Part shown: one piece after another, positions 18,689 to 28,572 of the stretch
Position numbering within the stretch: the stretch's first letter is position 1
Layout of the letters: every line of letters begins with the position of its first letter
DNA from: a bacterium
GTDB lineage: Bacteria > Patescibacteriota > Microgenomatia > Curtissbacterales > GWA2-41-24
Direction: 5' to 3'
DNA length: 64,000 bases
Assembly (NCBI GenBank): GCA_021813125.1
Contig: JAKALT010000001.1
Coordinates: forward strand, 64,023 to 128,022
The notes under the pieces: model-generated
The model's database searches: none
Told to the model about the DNA's origin: nothing
What the model saw: only the letters and a program-made list of their open reading frames with translations
Translations under genes and position numbers: made by a program

Positions 18689-19627
18689 TCATTTAATAAC
18701 CAAAGCATTCGGCAGATTTCTTCCCGGTCCAACCCTGTATCCTCCGTTATAAAGCGCACTCGAACCGCCGCCGTCCAAATTCAATGCGTCCGTTGCCCCG
18801 AGAGCCTTGAAAATATTTACCATATCGCTCATATTGGCGCTTCTTGCAACAACCAGAAACAACTTACCGCCACCAAACCCTATTCCGGAACGAGTCCCTT
18901 TTGTAACCCTTAAATTATCAGTTAAGGAACCTTCGTCTAAAACCGTATTCCCGCCGGCAATAAGGGACGGGTAATTTACTATCCCGCCCGTGATATCGGA
19001 AGGTGCTCCGACGCAAGCTGCACAAGGGAAAAATTGAACCGACCCGGATCTAAACACCATCATCCCGCGCCCGTTCCAAAAAAGCGTATCGGATCTCATC
19101 CAGCGTTTTTTCCTATTATTCCAAACCGGAAAATCATACGTATTTATCTTGCCGCTACACCATCCATAATCCGGCGGACAAAAATATGTCCCGTTTATTC
19201 CGGCCTTGCCTCCATTTTCAGCAACATATTGTGCAAGCGGCTTTGCCGGGCAATTATTCGAACAGTCATCATCGTTGGCACTATCGGTAACAACGGTTGT
19301 TGCGCCAATATCAAAAGTTAATACAGTATAGTTTCCTCCGGTACTTATATTGCTCCCTGAAGAAGGAGTCATTGTCGGTAAAACTGGTTTAGGCGTGGGT
19401 GTTGGTGTGGGTGGGGCCTCTTTGGATTCAATTCTTTGCTGAATTTGAAAGGCGGGTGTTGCAGAAGGCGTCGGTGAATTCGCTGGTTTAGCACTGGGCG
19501 AGGTAGAAGGCGAAGCGAGTGAAACAACCGGTTCAGGATAAGGGGCAACGCGGCTATTCGGCTGTGAATAAAGAATAATAGAAGCGAGGCTCACAACAAT
19601 TATCGGGATAATTATAAGAAAAGGCAT
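18689..19627 (-). CDS. Secreted phosphodiester glycosidase family protein (DUF2233/NAGPA-like) with PT-rich linker
   Basis: 'NLDGGGSS' conserved block; N-terminal TM/signal; 'PTPTPTPKP' linker. Confidence 0.55.
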   Translation of the reverse strand: MPFLIIIPIIVVSLASIILYSQPNSRVAPYPEPVVSLASPSTSPSAKPANSPTPSATPAFQIQQRIESKEAPPTPTPTPKPVLPTMTPSSGSNISTGGNYTVLTFDIGATTVVTDSANDDDCSNNCPAKPLAQYVAENGGKAGINGTYFCPPDYGWCSGKINTYDFPVWNNRKKRWMRSDTLFWNGRGMMVFRSGSVQFFPCAACVGAPSDITGGIVNYPSLIAGGNTVLDEGSLTDNLRVTKGTRSGIGFGGGKLFLVVARSANMSDMVNIFKALGATDALNLDGGGSSALYNGGYRVGPGRNLPNALVIK

Positions 19628-19688
19628 TAACTATAACCATTGTACTAAATTACTATTGGGGCTTTTTACTCATACCTTTAAACTTAAA

Positions 19689-19850
19689 CTATTTAATGCC
19701 AACTTCTTTGAAGATAGTGTCAAATTCGTCGTTTTCTTTTACGCCCTGATGTGAATGGTCGCTTCTGTTTTGAGAAATATGGCTATCTGCATCCTCTCGG
19801 CTTTTGGCCACATAGCCGCATGCAGGGCATTTCCAATAATATTCTGCCAT
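19689..19850 (-). CDS. Small (53 aa) zinc-ribbon-like protein, absent from the ORF track (<60 aa)
   Basis: AAGGAGGTGA RBS 8 nt before the ATG; 'KCPACGY...HISQNRSDHSH' Cys/His ligand pattern. Confidence 0.45.
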   Translation of the reverse strand: MAEYYWKCPACGYVAKSREDADSHISQNRSDHSHQGVKENDEFDTIFKEVGIK

Positions 19851-19971
19851 TCTAATCACCTCCTTAAAGTATAAATATAGAAAAATTTTACGTGGTCACC
19901 ATAAAAAAAGTGTAATGATTAGGTAATAGATTTAATTTGAATTATGGCTAATAAGTGCTACAATTTGCGCC

Positions 19972-21168
19972 ATGGCGACTATAAATTCAAATTATGACAA
20001 GCTGCCTGCCACCTATCTTTTTAGTGAAATAGCAAAAAGAACCGCGGTTTTTGCTAAAAAAAATCCTGGTGTAGAGATCCTAAAACTTGGGATAGGCAAC
20101 ACAACAGAACCTATTGGACATGTAGTCATTTCGGGTTTAAAAAAAGGTGTCGAAAAACTTTCCAAATTATCAACCTATTCCGGCTACGGAGATGAGCAGG
20201 GCGATTCACGTTTAAGAGAAGCCTTATCAAACTGGTATAAAAAATCCAAAATTCAAATCGACCCTTTGGAAATTTTTGTTTCCGATGGAGCAAAAGCAGA
20301 TTCTGCCAACATTCAATCAATCTTTGACTCCGGAAACAAAATTGCTATCTGCGATCCGGTTTACCCCGTCTACAAAGACAGCAATATCCTAGCAGGCAGG
20401 GAAAATATCTATTACATGTCATGCACAGAAAAAAATGGCTTTTTCCCGGATATTCCAAAAAATAAAGTTGATTTAATCTATATTTGCAGTCCTAATAATC
20501 CGACTGGGGCAGTTGCTACTAAAGCTCAACTCAAAAGGTTTGTGGATTTTGCAATTAAAAACAAATCAATTATAATTTTTGACGCGGCTTATTTTGCCTA
20601 TATTTCCAATCCTAAACTCCCAAAAAGCATCTATGAAATTCCGGGTGCTAAAAAATGTGCGATAGAAATAAACAGTTTTTCCAAATGGGCAGGGTTTACC
20701 GGCGTACGCCTCGGCTGGACGGTTGTGCCAATGGATTTAATCTGCCAAAACTCAAAGCGCGGTAAGCTAAATTCTCTATGGAACAGAAGACAAACAACCA
20801 TGTTTAACGGCGCTTCCAACATTGCCCAAGAAGGTGGGTTAGCATCTCTTACAAGTGACGGTGTCAAGCAATGTCAGAAAGTTGTAAATTACTATATGCA
20901 AAACGCCAAACTCATAAGAATTACTCTGGAAAGGATGGGCCTTAAAGTTTATGGAGGCCAAAACGCCCCATATATTTGGCTTAAAGTACCTCTTGGCATG
21001 ACATCATGGGATTTTTTTGAAAAGCTTTTGTCAGAAGCTCATGTCGTTGGCACGCCGGGCTCGGGATTTGGGCCAAGCGGTGAAGGTTTTTTCAGGCTCA
21101 GCGCGTTCGGACACCGTCAAAATATAAAAAAAGCTCTTACCTCTATTGAGAAAAATCTAAAAATATGA
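19972..21168 (+). CDS. dapL: LL-diaminopimelate aminotransferase (DapL-type, class I/II aminotransferase)
   Basis: N-terminus 'NSNYDKLPATYLFSEIAKR' matches DapL 'NxNYxxLxAGYLFPEIARR'; PLP-lysine region; first gene of the DAP/lysine operon. Confidence 0.7.
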   Translation: MATINSNYDKLPATYLFSEIAKRTAVFAKKNPGVEILKLGIGNTTEPIGHVVISGLKKGVEKLSKLSTYSGYGDEQGDSRLREALSNWYKKSKIQIDPLEIFVSDGAKADSANIQSIFDSGNKIAICDPVYPVYKDSNILAGRENIYYMSCTEKNGFFPDIPKNKVDLIYICSPNNPTGAVATKAQLKRFVDFAIKNKSIIIFDAAYFAYISNPKLPKSIYEIPGAKKCAIEINSFSKWAGFTGVRLGWTVVPMDLICQNSKRGKLNSLWNRRQTTMFNGASNIAQEGGLASLTSDGVKQCQKVVNYYMQNAKLIRITLERMGLKVYGGQNAPYIWLKVPLGMTSWDFFEKLLSEAHVVGTPGSGFGPSGEGFFRLSAFGHRQNIKKALTSIEKNLKI

Positions 21169-22394
21169 CCAAAAAAACTTTGCCTTTCACAAAAACTCAA
21201 ATAAAAAAGATAATAAAAAGCTATCCTACGCCGTTTCATGTCTATGATGAAAAAGCCATTAGAAAAAACGCCAGAAATCTGCTTAAAACCTTTTCATGGA
21301 ATAAAGGATTTAAGGAATTTTTTGCAGTTAAAGCTTGTCCGAACCCATACATCTTAAAAATATTAAAAGAAGAAGGCTTTGGTGCGGATTGCAGTTCTCT
21401 GCCTGAACTTTTACTGGCGGAAAAAGCGGGCATTTTAGGTGAAAATATTATGTTTTCTTCAAACGAAACCCCGGCTCGCGAGTATAAAAAGGCAATGGAA
21501 CTGGGGGCAATTATCAATCTAGATGATATTACCCACTTAAAATATTTAGAAAAAAACGCCGGCTTGCCTAAACTTATTTGTTTTCGCTATAACCCGGGCC
21601 CACTAAGAAAAGGGAATGCCATAATCGGAAAACCCGAGGAAGCAAAATACGGTTTAACCAGAGAACAATTATTCAAAGCATACAAAATGGCAAAAGAAAA
21701 AGGCATAAAAAGATTTGGGATTCATACCATGGTGGCGTCAAACGAACTTAATCCTGATTACTTTGTCGAAACTGCCGGAATGCTTTTGGGTTTAACAATC
21801 GAAATCTCAAAGCTGCTTGGAATAAATTTTGAATTTATAAACATCGGAGGCGGAATTGGTATTCCATATATGCCTGACCAAACTGCCGTTAATTTAAACA
21901 AAGTTTCAAATGGTATAAAAAAGCTTTTTAAAAAATCGAAAGTGAAGCTTTTTATGGAAAACGGCAGAATGATAACAGGCCCATACGGCTACCTGGTCAC
22001 GACCGCCATTCACAAAAAGGACATTTACAAAAAATACATCGGTGTTGATGCCTGCATGGCTAATTTAATGAGGCCGGGAATGTATGGAGCTTATCATCAC
22101 ATCACTGTTTTGGGCAAAGAAAAAGCTCAAAACTCTCAAACGTACGATATTGTCGGGTCGCTTTGCGAAAACAACGACAAATTTGCAATCGATAGAAAGT
22201 TTCCAAAGATAGAAATAGGGGATATTTTAATAATCCACGATACAGGGGCCCATGGCTTTGCGATGGGCTTTAACTACAATGGAAAATTAAGATCCGCCGA
22301 ACTTCTTTTTAAGCCAAACGGGAAAGTAGAACAAATTAGAAGAGCAGAAACCGTTGAAGATTATTTTCAAACGCTAGATTTTTCAAAATTATAA
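21165..22394 (+). CDS. lysA: Diaminopimelate decarboxylase
   Basis: Fold-III PLP decarboxylase; 'FFAVKACPNPYILKIL' PLP-Lys region, 'GGGIGIPY', C-terminal beta domain; 4-nt overlap with dapL. Confidence 0.85.
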   Translation: MTKKTLPFTKTQIKKIIKSYPTPFHVYDEKAIRKNARNLLKTFSWNKGFKEFFAVKACPNPYILKILKEEGFGADCSSLPELLLAEKAGILGENIMFSSNETPAREYKKAMELGAIINLDDITHLKYLEKNAGLPKLICFRYNPGPLRKGNAIIGKPEEAKYGLTREQLFKAYKMAKEKGIKRFGIHTMVASNELNPDYFVETAGMLLGLTIEISKLLGINFEFINIGGGIGIPYMPDQTAVNLNKVSNGIKKLFKKSKVKLFMENGRMITGPYGYLVTTAIHKKDIYKKYIGVDACMANLMRPGMYGAYHHITVLGKEKAQNSQTYDIVGSLCENNDKFAIDRKFPKIEIGDILIIHDTGAHGFAMGFNYNGKLRSAELLFKPNGKVEQIRRAETVEDYFQTLDFSKL

Positions 22395-22395
22395 A

Positions 22396-23739
22396 ATGAT
22401 AGTTTCTAAATTTGGTGGCACATCGGTTTCAACCCCTCAAAAAATAACAAACCTCTGCCGGATTACCGAAAAGAGGTTAAAGAGGAATCCTATTGTTGTC
22501 GTTTCGGCAATAGCCGGTGTAACCGATTTACTTTTAGAAATTACCCAAACTCCAAAAGATTCCAAGAAGTCCCTAGAAAAGATTAAAAAAATCCACAGTG
22601 ATCTTGTCACTGGCATCTTTAAAGGCGATCAATTAAAAGAAGTTGCAAACTACATTGACCAAAAACTCCTAGATCTTTCAAAAATTGCGCGAAAACAAAC
22701 CTATGAAAAATCAGAAATAGATGAAATCCTCTCCTTTGGCGAAATAATGTCATCCTATATCGCCTACCAGGCTCTTGAGCAATTCGGAATCGCTGCCAAA
22801 CAGGTTATTGCAACGGAAATAATAGTTACCAACGACAATTTCAATTCTGCGGATTTTTTACCGGCACCGACAAAGCAGAAGGTAAAAAAAGTCCTTTTAC
22901 CAATCATTAGTGCAAAAATAGTGCCTGTTATTACCGGATTTATAGGATCTACAAAAGGCGGTAAAACGATTACTTTAGGACGCGGTGGTTCGGATTACAC
23001 TGCCGCGATTATCGGATTCAGCTTGAATGCCGAAGAGATAGAAATTTGGACCGATGTAGACGGGATTTTTACAACAGATCCGAAAATTGCCCCGAAAGCA
23101 AAATTGATCCGCCAAATTTCTTATAAGGAAGCCTCCGAACTTGCCGCATTTGGTGCAAAAGTCCTTCACCCAAGAACCATAAAACCCGCGGTAAAAGGAG
23201 GAATTGCGGTTAGGGTTTTAAACACCCAAGATATTAATTGTCAAGGAACTCTTATTTGCGATAAGCCGGATTTAAAAAATCCAATCACTGCGATTTCTTT
23301 CAAAAGAAGGGTTACGCTGGTAAATATCTACTCAACCGAAATGTTATTTTCAAAAGGATTTTTAGCCAAAATATTTAAAGTTTTTACAAAGCACAATATC
23401 TCAATCGACCTGGTAAGCGTTTCGGAGGTAACCGTTTCTGTTACATTGGAAAACCATGCCTCTCTCACGGAAGCTCTCGAAGAACTTTCAACGTTCTCTA
23501 CCGTGTCTACAAGCAGCAATTTTGGCATGGTTTCACTAATTGGAGAAGGTGTTGCTACATCAAGCAAAACCATCAGGAAAATTTTTGATATTTTAGATAA
23601 GAAAAAAATACTTGTTAAAATGATTTCTTTGGGAGCAAGTGATATTAACGTTAGCCTAGTGATACAATACGACCAAATAGAAGAAGCGGTTAAAATTTTG
23701 CACAATAAATTACTGATAAAAAACTTAAAAACAAAATGA
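22396..23739 (+). CDS. lysC: Aspartate kinase
   Basis: 'VSKFGGTSV' kinase N-terminus; amino-acid kinase fold; two C-terminal ACT domains. Confidence 0.85.
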   Translation: MIVSKFGGTSVSTPQKITNLCRITEKRLKRNPIVVVSAIAGVTDLLLEITQTPKDSKKSLEKIKKIHSDLVTGIFKGDQLKEVANYIDQKLLDLSKIARKQTYEKSEIDEILSFGEIMSSYIAYQALEQFGIAAKQVIATEIIVTNDNFNSADFLPAPTKQKVKKVLLPIISAKIVPVITGFIGSTKGGKTITLGRGGSDYTAAIIGFSLNAEEIEIWTDVDGIFTTDPKIAPKAKLIRQISYKEASELAAFGAKVLHPRTIKPAVKGGIAVRVLNTQDINCQGTLICDKPDLKNPITAISFKRRVTLVNIYSTEMLFSKGFLAKIFKVFTKHNISIDLVSVSEVTVSVTLENHASLTEALEELSTFSTVSTSSNFGMVSLIGEGVATSSKTIRKIFDILDKKKILVKMISLGASDINVSLVIQYDQIEEAVKILHNKLLIKNLKTK

Positions 23740-24473
23740 AAATAGCACTTGTCGGATACGGCAATATGGGCCGGGAAATCGAAAATTTAATAATGGATTA
23801 CCCTGCTTATTCCATCGTTTCCGTGAGCTACAAAAAAATAACCGACAAATTGGATAAAGCCGGTATAAAAAAAGCCGACGTTGTTATCGATTTCACGTCT
23901 CCCGAAATTATAGTAGACAATATAAAAGAAATTCTTGCAATGAAGAAAAAATTAGTTATCGGGACGACTGGTTGGTACGATAAGTTGGATGAAGTAAAAT
24001 CGACAGTAAAAAAATATAATGGTGGCCTAATTTACGCTAAAAATTTTTCCGTCGGAGCAAACATTTTTTTCAAAATAGTTACTCAAAGCTCTCAGCTTTT
24101 TAATAAATGTGAAGGCTATGATGTTTATGGTCTCGAAATCCATCATAGGGGTAAAAAAGACAGCCCCAGTGGCACTGCCAAAAAAATTTCTGACCTGATA
24201 GTAGGCTCTTATAAACAAAAAAAGACCGCTCAATTTGAAAAACTTGATCGCCAGATTGAAAAACAAGAAATCCATTTTGCCTCAGTTCGCGGAGGTAACA
24301 ACCCCGGTTATCACGAAGTGGTCTTTGATAGTCTGGCGGACGAAATCAAACTTTCACATCAGGCCCACAATAGGCGTGGCTTTGCTCAGGGCGCTTTGCT
24401 CGCAGCCAAGTTTATAATGAAAAACAAAGGCCTGTGGTCTTTCGAGGATTTATTTGAAAGGGGTAGAATTTGA
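23736..24473 (+). CDS. dapB: 4-hydroxy-tetrahydrodipicolinate reductase
   Basis: 'KIALVGYGNMGREI' Rossmann; 'EIHHRGKKDSPSGTA' DapB signature. Confidence 0.85.
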   Translation: MKIALVGYGNMGREIENLIMDYPAYSIVSVSYKKITDKLDKAGIKKADVVIDFTSPEIIVDNIKEILAMKKKLVIGTTGWYDKLDEVKSTVKKYNGGLIYAKNFSVGANIFFKIVTQSSQLFNKCEGYDVYGLEIHHRGKKDSPSGTAKKISDLIVGSYKQKKTAQFEKLDRQIEKQEIHFASVRGGNNPGYHEVVFDSLADEIKLSHQAHNRRGFAQGALLAAKFIMKNKGLWSFEDLFERGRI

Positions 24474-25363
24474 TGAAAATTAAAAAAATAGCGGGAACTA
24501 TTCCTGCAATGGTTACACCTTTTGATGACAAAAAAAATCTGGATATCCCGGCTCTTAAGAATCTGGTCAAATTTCTAATATCCGGCGGTATAGATGCCAT
24601 AGTCCCTTGTGGTTCAACCGGAGAAGCCGCAACTCTAAACCTTGAAGAATACGAAACGGTTATAAAAACTACAGTTGGCGAGGTTGCAGGCAAAATCCCT
24701 GTTATTGCCGGCGCTGGCAGTAATGACACCCAAAAAGCAGTCCATCTTTCGCAGATTGCCAAACGGGCAGGAGCGGATGTTCTTTTACACGTTTCGCCAT
24801 ATTATAACAAGCCGACAAACGAAGGATTGGTAGCTCATTTCAAGCAAATTGCCAAATCGGTGGACCTTCCCATCATAATCTATAACGTTCCCGGAAGAAC
24901 CGGGTCAAATATTTCTGCCGAAATCACACTACGAATAGCCAAAGACATTCCTCATGTAATTGGCATTAAAGAAGCATCCGGAAACATTGGCCAGATGATG
25001 GAAATCATAAAGGGTGCGCCAAAAGATTTTTCGGTTCTTTCCGGCGATGACGCAATCACGCTTCCTTTAATATCCGTCGGCGGTGTTGGAATAATATCTG
25101 TTGCCGCAAATGAAATTCCCAAAGAAATGACAAATATGGTTAACGCCGCCTTGGAGGGGAATTTTAAAAAGGCAGCAAAAATCCACTATGAAATTTTAGA
25201 TCTTATGAACGGAAACTTCATCGAAACAAATCCAATTCCTGTTAAAACAGCACTTTTTATGATGGGCAAAATTAAAGAAAATTTCAGGCTCCCCCTTGTT
25301 CCAATGGCAGCCAAAAACAAAGAAACATTATCCCAAATTCTCAAAAAGCTTTCCTTAATATGA
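24470..25363 (+). CDS. dapA: 4-hydroxy-tetrahydrodipicolinate synthase
   Basis: 'AMVTPFDD' and '[12 protein letters not shown]' DapA signatures; active-site Lys region. Confidence 0.9.
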   Translation: MMKIKKIAGTIPAMVTPFDDKKNLDIPALKNLVKFLISGGIDAIVPCGSTGEAATLNLEEYETVIKTTVGEVAGKIPVIAGAGSNDTQKAVHLSQIAKRAGADVLLHVSPYYNKPTNEGLVAHFKQIAKSVDLPIIIYNVPGRTGSNISAEITLRIAKDIPHVIGIKEASGNIGQMMEIIKGAPKDFSVLSGDDAITLPLISVGGVGIISVAANEIPKEMTNMVNAALEGNFKKAAKIHYEILDLMNGNFIETNPIPVKTALFMMGKIKENFRLPLVPMAAKNKETLSQILKKLSLI

Positions 25364-26409
25364 AAAAAGTTAAAGTAGGAATACTTGGTGCAACTGGCGC
25401 AGTTGGCCAAAGATTTGTCCAGCTTCTCGAAAACCATCCATGGTTTGAAGTAACAGCACTTTGTGCTTCCGAAAAAAGCGCCGGAAAAAGTTATCAGGAA
25501 GCAGCTGCATGGAGAATGCCAACTGAAATCCCGGCAAAAATTAAAAACTTAAAGGTTAAACCCTGCGAGCCAGACTTCGAGGCCAAATTGGTTTTCTCAG
25601 GTCTCGATTCATCCGTTGCCGGTGAGATAGAAGACAACTTTGCAAATCGTGGATATATAGTAGTCAGTAATTCCAAAAACCATCGTATGGAAAAAGATGT
25701 CCCGCTTTTAATTCCAGAAATTAATCCGGACCATTTAGCACTTATCAAATCTCAACAAAAAAGGCGCAAAAGTAAAGGGTTTATAGTCACCAATCCAAAT
25801 TGCACAACTGTTGGCTTGGCCATAGTTCTAAAGCCCCTAGATGATGCTTTCAAAATCAAATCAGTTTTAGTTACGTCCATGCAAGCTTTATCTGGCGCCG
25901 GTTATCCGGGAGTAGCCTCGCTGGATGCTCTCGACAACGTCGTCCCTTTTATAAAAGATGAAGAGGAAAAGGTAGAAACAGAACCTCTAAAATTGCTTGG
26001 AACTCTCTCAAAAAATCATATAGCACTCTCACCTATAAAAATCAGTGCCTCTTGCAATAGGGTTTCCGTAAGAGACGGTCATACGGAATCTGTTGAATTA
26101 ACCTTTGCCCAAAAACCGCAGCCATCTCAAGTCATTAAAGTTTTAGCTCAATTTAAAGGGGTACCCCAAAAGATGGGTCTACCTTCGGCGCCTCGAAATC
26201 CAATTCTAGTCGCAGAAGATGAATCACGCCCGCAACCTGTTTTAGATCGTGACATTAATAATGGAATGTCTGTCACGGTTGGCAGAATCCGCAAGTCAAA
26301 TGTTGCGGACATTAAGCTCACTCTTTTAGTTCATAACACAATTCGTGGTGCTGCAGGCGCTGCCATTTTAAACGGCGAGCTGCTTAAAGCAAAAGAATTC
26401 CTCAGTTAG
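25360..26409 (+). CDS. asd: Aspartate-semialdehyde dehydrogenase
   Basis: '[14 protein letters not shown]' NAD(P) motif; 'NPNCTTV' catalytic Cys block. Confidence 0.9.
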   Translation: MKKVKVGILGATGAVGQRFVQLLENHPWFEVTALCASEKSAGKSYQEAAAWRMPTEIPAKIKNLKVKPCEPDFEAKLVFSGLDSSVAGEIEDNFANRGYIVVSNSKNHRMEKDVPLLIPEINPDHLALIKSQQKRRKSKGFIVTNPNCTTVGLAIVLKPLDDAFKIKSVLVTSMQALSGAGYPGVASLDALDNVVPFIKDEEEKVETEPLKLLGTLSKNHIALSPIKISASCNRVSVRDGHTESVELTFAQKPQPSQVIKVLAQFKGVPQKMGLPSAPRNPILVAEDESRPQPVLDRDINNGMSVTVGRIRKSNVADIKLTLLVHNTIRGAAGAAILNGELLKAKEFLS

Positions 26410-26411
26410 TT

Positions 26412-26440
26412 TTGACAATCCTAATAGTCAAGGGTATAAT
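26412..26440 (+). promoter_or_regulatory. Perfect-consensus sigma70 promoter TTGACA-N17-TATAAT
   Basis: Exact hexamers at 26412-26417 and 26435-26440 with a 17-nt spacer, about 120 nt upstream of the 26559 gene. Confidence 0.55.
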
Positions 26441-26558
26441 TCTTTCTTCTGCCCACTAAATCGCAATATAGAATAAGGATAAGCTTACAAATTTATTACA
26501 CGATTTTCTTATTCTATTAACATAAAACCTTTAATGTCCCTAGAAAGGAATATTAACA

Positions 26559-27731
26559 ATGTCCAATATTAGAGAACGCATAGAACATCGCAGATTTTTA
26601 AACAGGCAAACGCTTCTAAGCGGAGCAATAGCAACAGGTATCAGTATTACGGCTGGGGCAAAAATTGAAAACAATATTCACCACGAAGCAATTTCAGCAA
26701 AAGTACCGGTGACGCGAGGAGTAGATCCTAATCATGAAGCCTACATGGCAACTGCAACCTTAACACCAGAGCCCACCGAAACGCCGGAATTAACTTCAAC
26801 CCCGACAGCACTTTCAACATCAACACCGGAATCATCCGCAACGGAAGAGTCAACGGAAACATCAACCGCAACAAGTACGCCGGTCTCAACACCATTCCCT
26901 GAATTTCCGGGCTGCGAAGACCAAACCGAGCCTGGTGATATTGCTCATTACGACACAGGCCTACATTGGATAGTTGGTGACGGGTTGCAGGAAGGAAGAG
27001 ATGACGTTTACAGTCTCGAAGACGGTGATGTCCTGCAGTGTTTTTGCCCGCCCCAAGATGAATTTGTAGAAGGGGACGAAGGTATCCAAACAAACTGGAT
27101 AAAGACCGATGAGGGCGATAAAGAAAAAATGCCGCCAGAAGTATTCGGTTTTTTCAGAGTTTGGGGTCCGGATTTTGGCCTGCAACAAAGGTGGTATTAC
27201 GCATCCGGTGCCGATAAACCTTCCCCAACAACGCCCAACTTTGACTGCAACCCTGAAGCCCCAACAGCGACCGCAACAGATACTGCTACTCCAACAGACA
27301 CACCTCAACCTACGGATACACCAATGCCTACAGACACTCCAACCGCAACGGACACGCCCCAGCCAACCGATACTCCCGAGCCAACGGACACCCCAACAAA
27401 TGTTCCTGAAACTGCAACACCCGTCTCTCACAAAGTAAAATCGGCAACCCCTACCAGAACAAAAACCAGTGTGCCACCAACAAAAACTCCAAAGCCCAAA
27501 CCGACTGAGGTTAAGATTCCTATGAATGTAGAAACTCCCCAGTCCAAACCTCCGATCGAAAAGGGTTTTCCAAATACCGGCAATCCTGACAATAAAAAAA
27601 CCAATTTAATCTATGCAGCTATGGCAGCAGTATCCGGACTTTCCCTAACAGGGGCCGGATTAAAATTTGGAAGAGGAAGATCACAAGATACACGAACCAG
27701 AATAGCAGCAGCCCTGGCAAGAAGAAAATAA
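26559..27731 (+). CDS. Surface protein with Tat-type signal peptide, Thr-Pro-Asp-rich repeats and a C-terminal LPXTG-like (FPNTG) sortase sorting signal
   Basis: 'HRRFLNRQ' twin-arginine motif plus hydrophobic region; 'TDTPQPTDTPMPTDTP...' repeats; 'FPNTG' + hydrophobic stretch + 'RGRSQDTRTRIAAALARRK' basic tail. Confidence 0.5.
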   Translation: MSNIRERIEHRRFLNRQTLLSGAIATGISITAGAKIENNIHHEAISAKVPVTRGVDPNHEAYMATATLTPEPTETPELTSTPTALSTSTPESSATEESTETSTATSTPVSTPFPEFPGCEDQTEPGDIAHYDTGLHWIVGDGLQEGRDDVYSLEDGDVLQCFCPPQDEFVEGDEGIQTNWIKTDEGDKEKMPPEVFGFFRVWGPDFGLQQRWYYASGADKPSPTTPNFDCNPEAPTATATDTATPTDTPQPTDTPMPTDTPTATDTPQPTDTPEPTDTPTNVPETATPVSHKVKSATPTRTKTSVPPTKTPKPKPTEVKIPMNVETPQSKPPIEKGFPNTGNPDNKKTNLIYAAMAAVSGLSLTGAGLKFGRGRSQDTRTRIAAALARRK

Positions 27732-27795
27732 GCCAACCTTACACCTCCGTTTAGTCTATATAGTTGTCTGCATAAAACTATATAATGTAATTAGT

Positions 27796-28179
27796 ATGAA
27801 AGGCTTCGTCGGGAACATCGAAGAAAAAACAGTTGAAAATACCTATTTTAGGCAAGTAGTCTATACCGGTCAGCATGCTCAATTGGTATTGATGTCACTT
27901 GAACCGAACGAAGAAATTGGTATGGAAGTTCATGACGTTACAGACCAGTTTCTAAGAATCGAACAAGGCGAAGGCAAGGTTATCATGGATGGGGAAGAGA
28001 GGGAAGTTAAAAATGGCGATGCAGTAATTGTTCCTGCTGGTACCCAACACAACGTAATGAACACCTCCTCCGAAAATCGGCTAAAGATTTATACAATCTA
28101 CTCGCCGCCGCATCACAAAGACGGAACTGTCCACAAAACTAAAGCAGATGCCCAAAAGGATTCAGCAGACCACCTTTAA
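27796..28179 (+). CDS. Cupin-domain protein
   Basis: Two-His cupin motif pattern ('HDVTDQF...', 'VIVPAGTQHNVMN'); about 127 aa. Confidence 0.6.
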   Translation: MKGFVGNIEEKTVENTYFRQVVYTGQHAQLVLMSLEPNEEIGMEVHDVTDQFLRIEQGEGKVIMDGEEREVKNGDAVIVPAGTQHNVMNTSSENRLKIYTIYSPPHHKDGTVHKTKADAQKDSADHL

Positions 28180-28304
28180 CGCCGCTTTATTTGACAGCCC
28201 ACATCAACTTATTAGTAACTATTCAGGATTTTCATTACACCAAAAAGGGTGATAAAATTAGCTTCGCATTGCGGCAAGTCAAACTTGTATGCAATGTACG
28301 ACGT

Positions 28305-28375
28305 TGCGGGATCGTCTAATGGTAGGACGACGGATTCTGGATCCGTCTATCTAGGTTCGAATCCTAGTCCCGCAG
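28305..28375 (+). tRNA. tRNA-Gln (anticodon CUG)
   Basis: Cloverleaf: acceptor TGCGGGA/TCCCGCA (U1:A72 as in bacterial tRNA-Gln), anticodon stem-loop ACGGA-TTCTGGA-TCCGT, T-arm CTAGG-TTCGAAT-CCTAG, discriminator G; CCA not encoded. Confidence 0.8.
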
Positions 28376-28532
28376 CAAAGTTAACTTTTCAAGAAATTGG
28401 TAAAAAATGAAGCTAATAGGTTCCAGAATATATTTATTCCCCTGTAGTTTTAGCCTTGCAGCGGAATTGGAGTAGAACCCAAACTAATAAATAGTTTATT
28501 ACGATTTGAAAATAACACATTTTAGGCGTCTC

Positions 28533-28571
28533 TTGACATAGTACATAGTACACTGTATACTATGTACTATG
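28533..28571 (+). promoter_or_regulatory. Consensus promoter (TTGACA-N17-TATACT) overlapping a perfect 14-bp inverted repeat operator (CATAGTACATAGTA-N7-TACTATGTACTATG)
   Basis: -35 at 28533-28538, -10 at 28556-28561, IR arms 28537-28550 and 28558-28571; ATG at 28573, so an essentially leaderless transcript. Confidence 0.55.
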
Positions 28572-28572
28572 T

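Noticed and set aside
19851-19971. Possible lysine (L-box) riboswitch in the dapL leader
   Set aside because: The leader is only about 120 nt and lacks the conserved L-box helices and kink-turn motifs that I can recognise by eye. It needs an Rfam scan.
27240-27420. Short near-identical direct repeats (ACAGACACNCC...) suggestive of a CRISPR-like array
   Set aside because: The units are 15-18 nt, contiguous, without spacers. They translate in-frame to TDTP(Q/M/E)P peptide repeats within a single ORF.
26728-27438. Long antisense and alternative-frame ORFs (26728-27093 -, 26961-27431 -, 27109-27438 +) inside the surface-protein gene
   Set aside because: They are by-products of the GC/AC-rich T-P-D codon repeats, with no RBS or coding signatures. 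The sense frame carries the signal peptide and sorting signal.
27750-27780. 9-bp inverted repeat TATATAGTT-N10-AACTATATA between the surface-protein gene and cupin gene
   Set aside because: AT-only stem without a U-tract. It could equally be a promoter -10-like region. There is not enough evidence for a terminator or operator.
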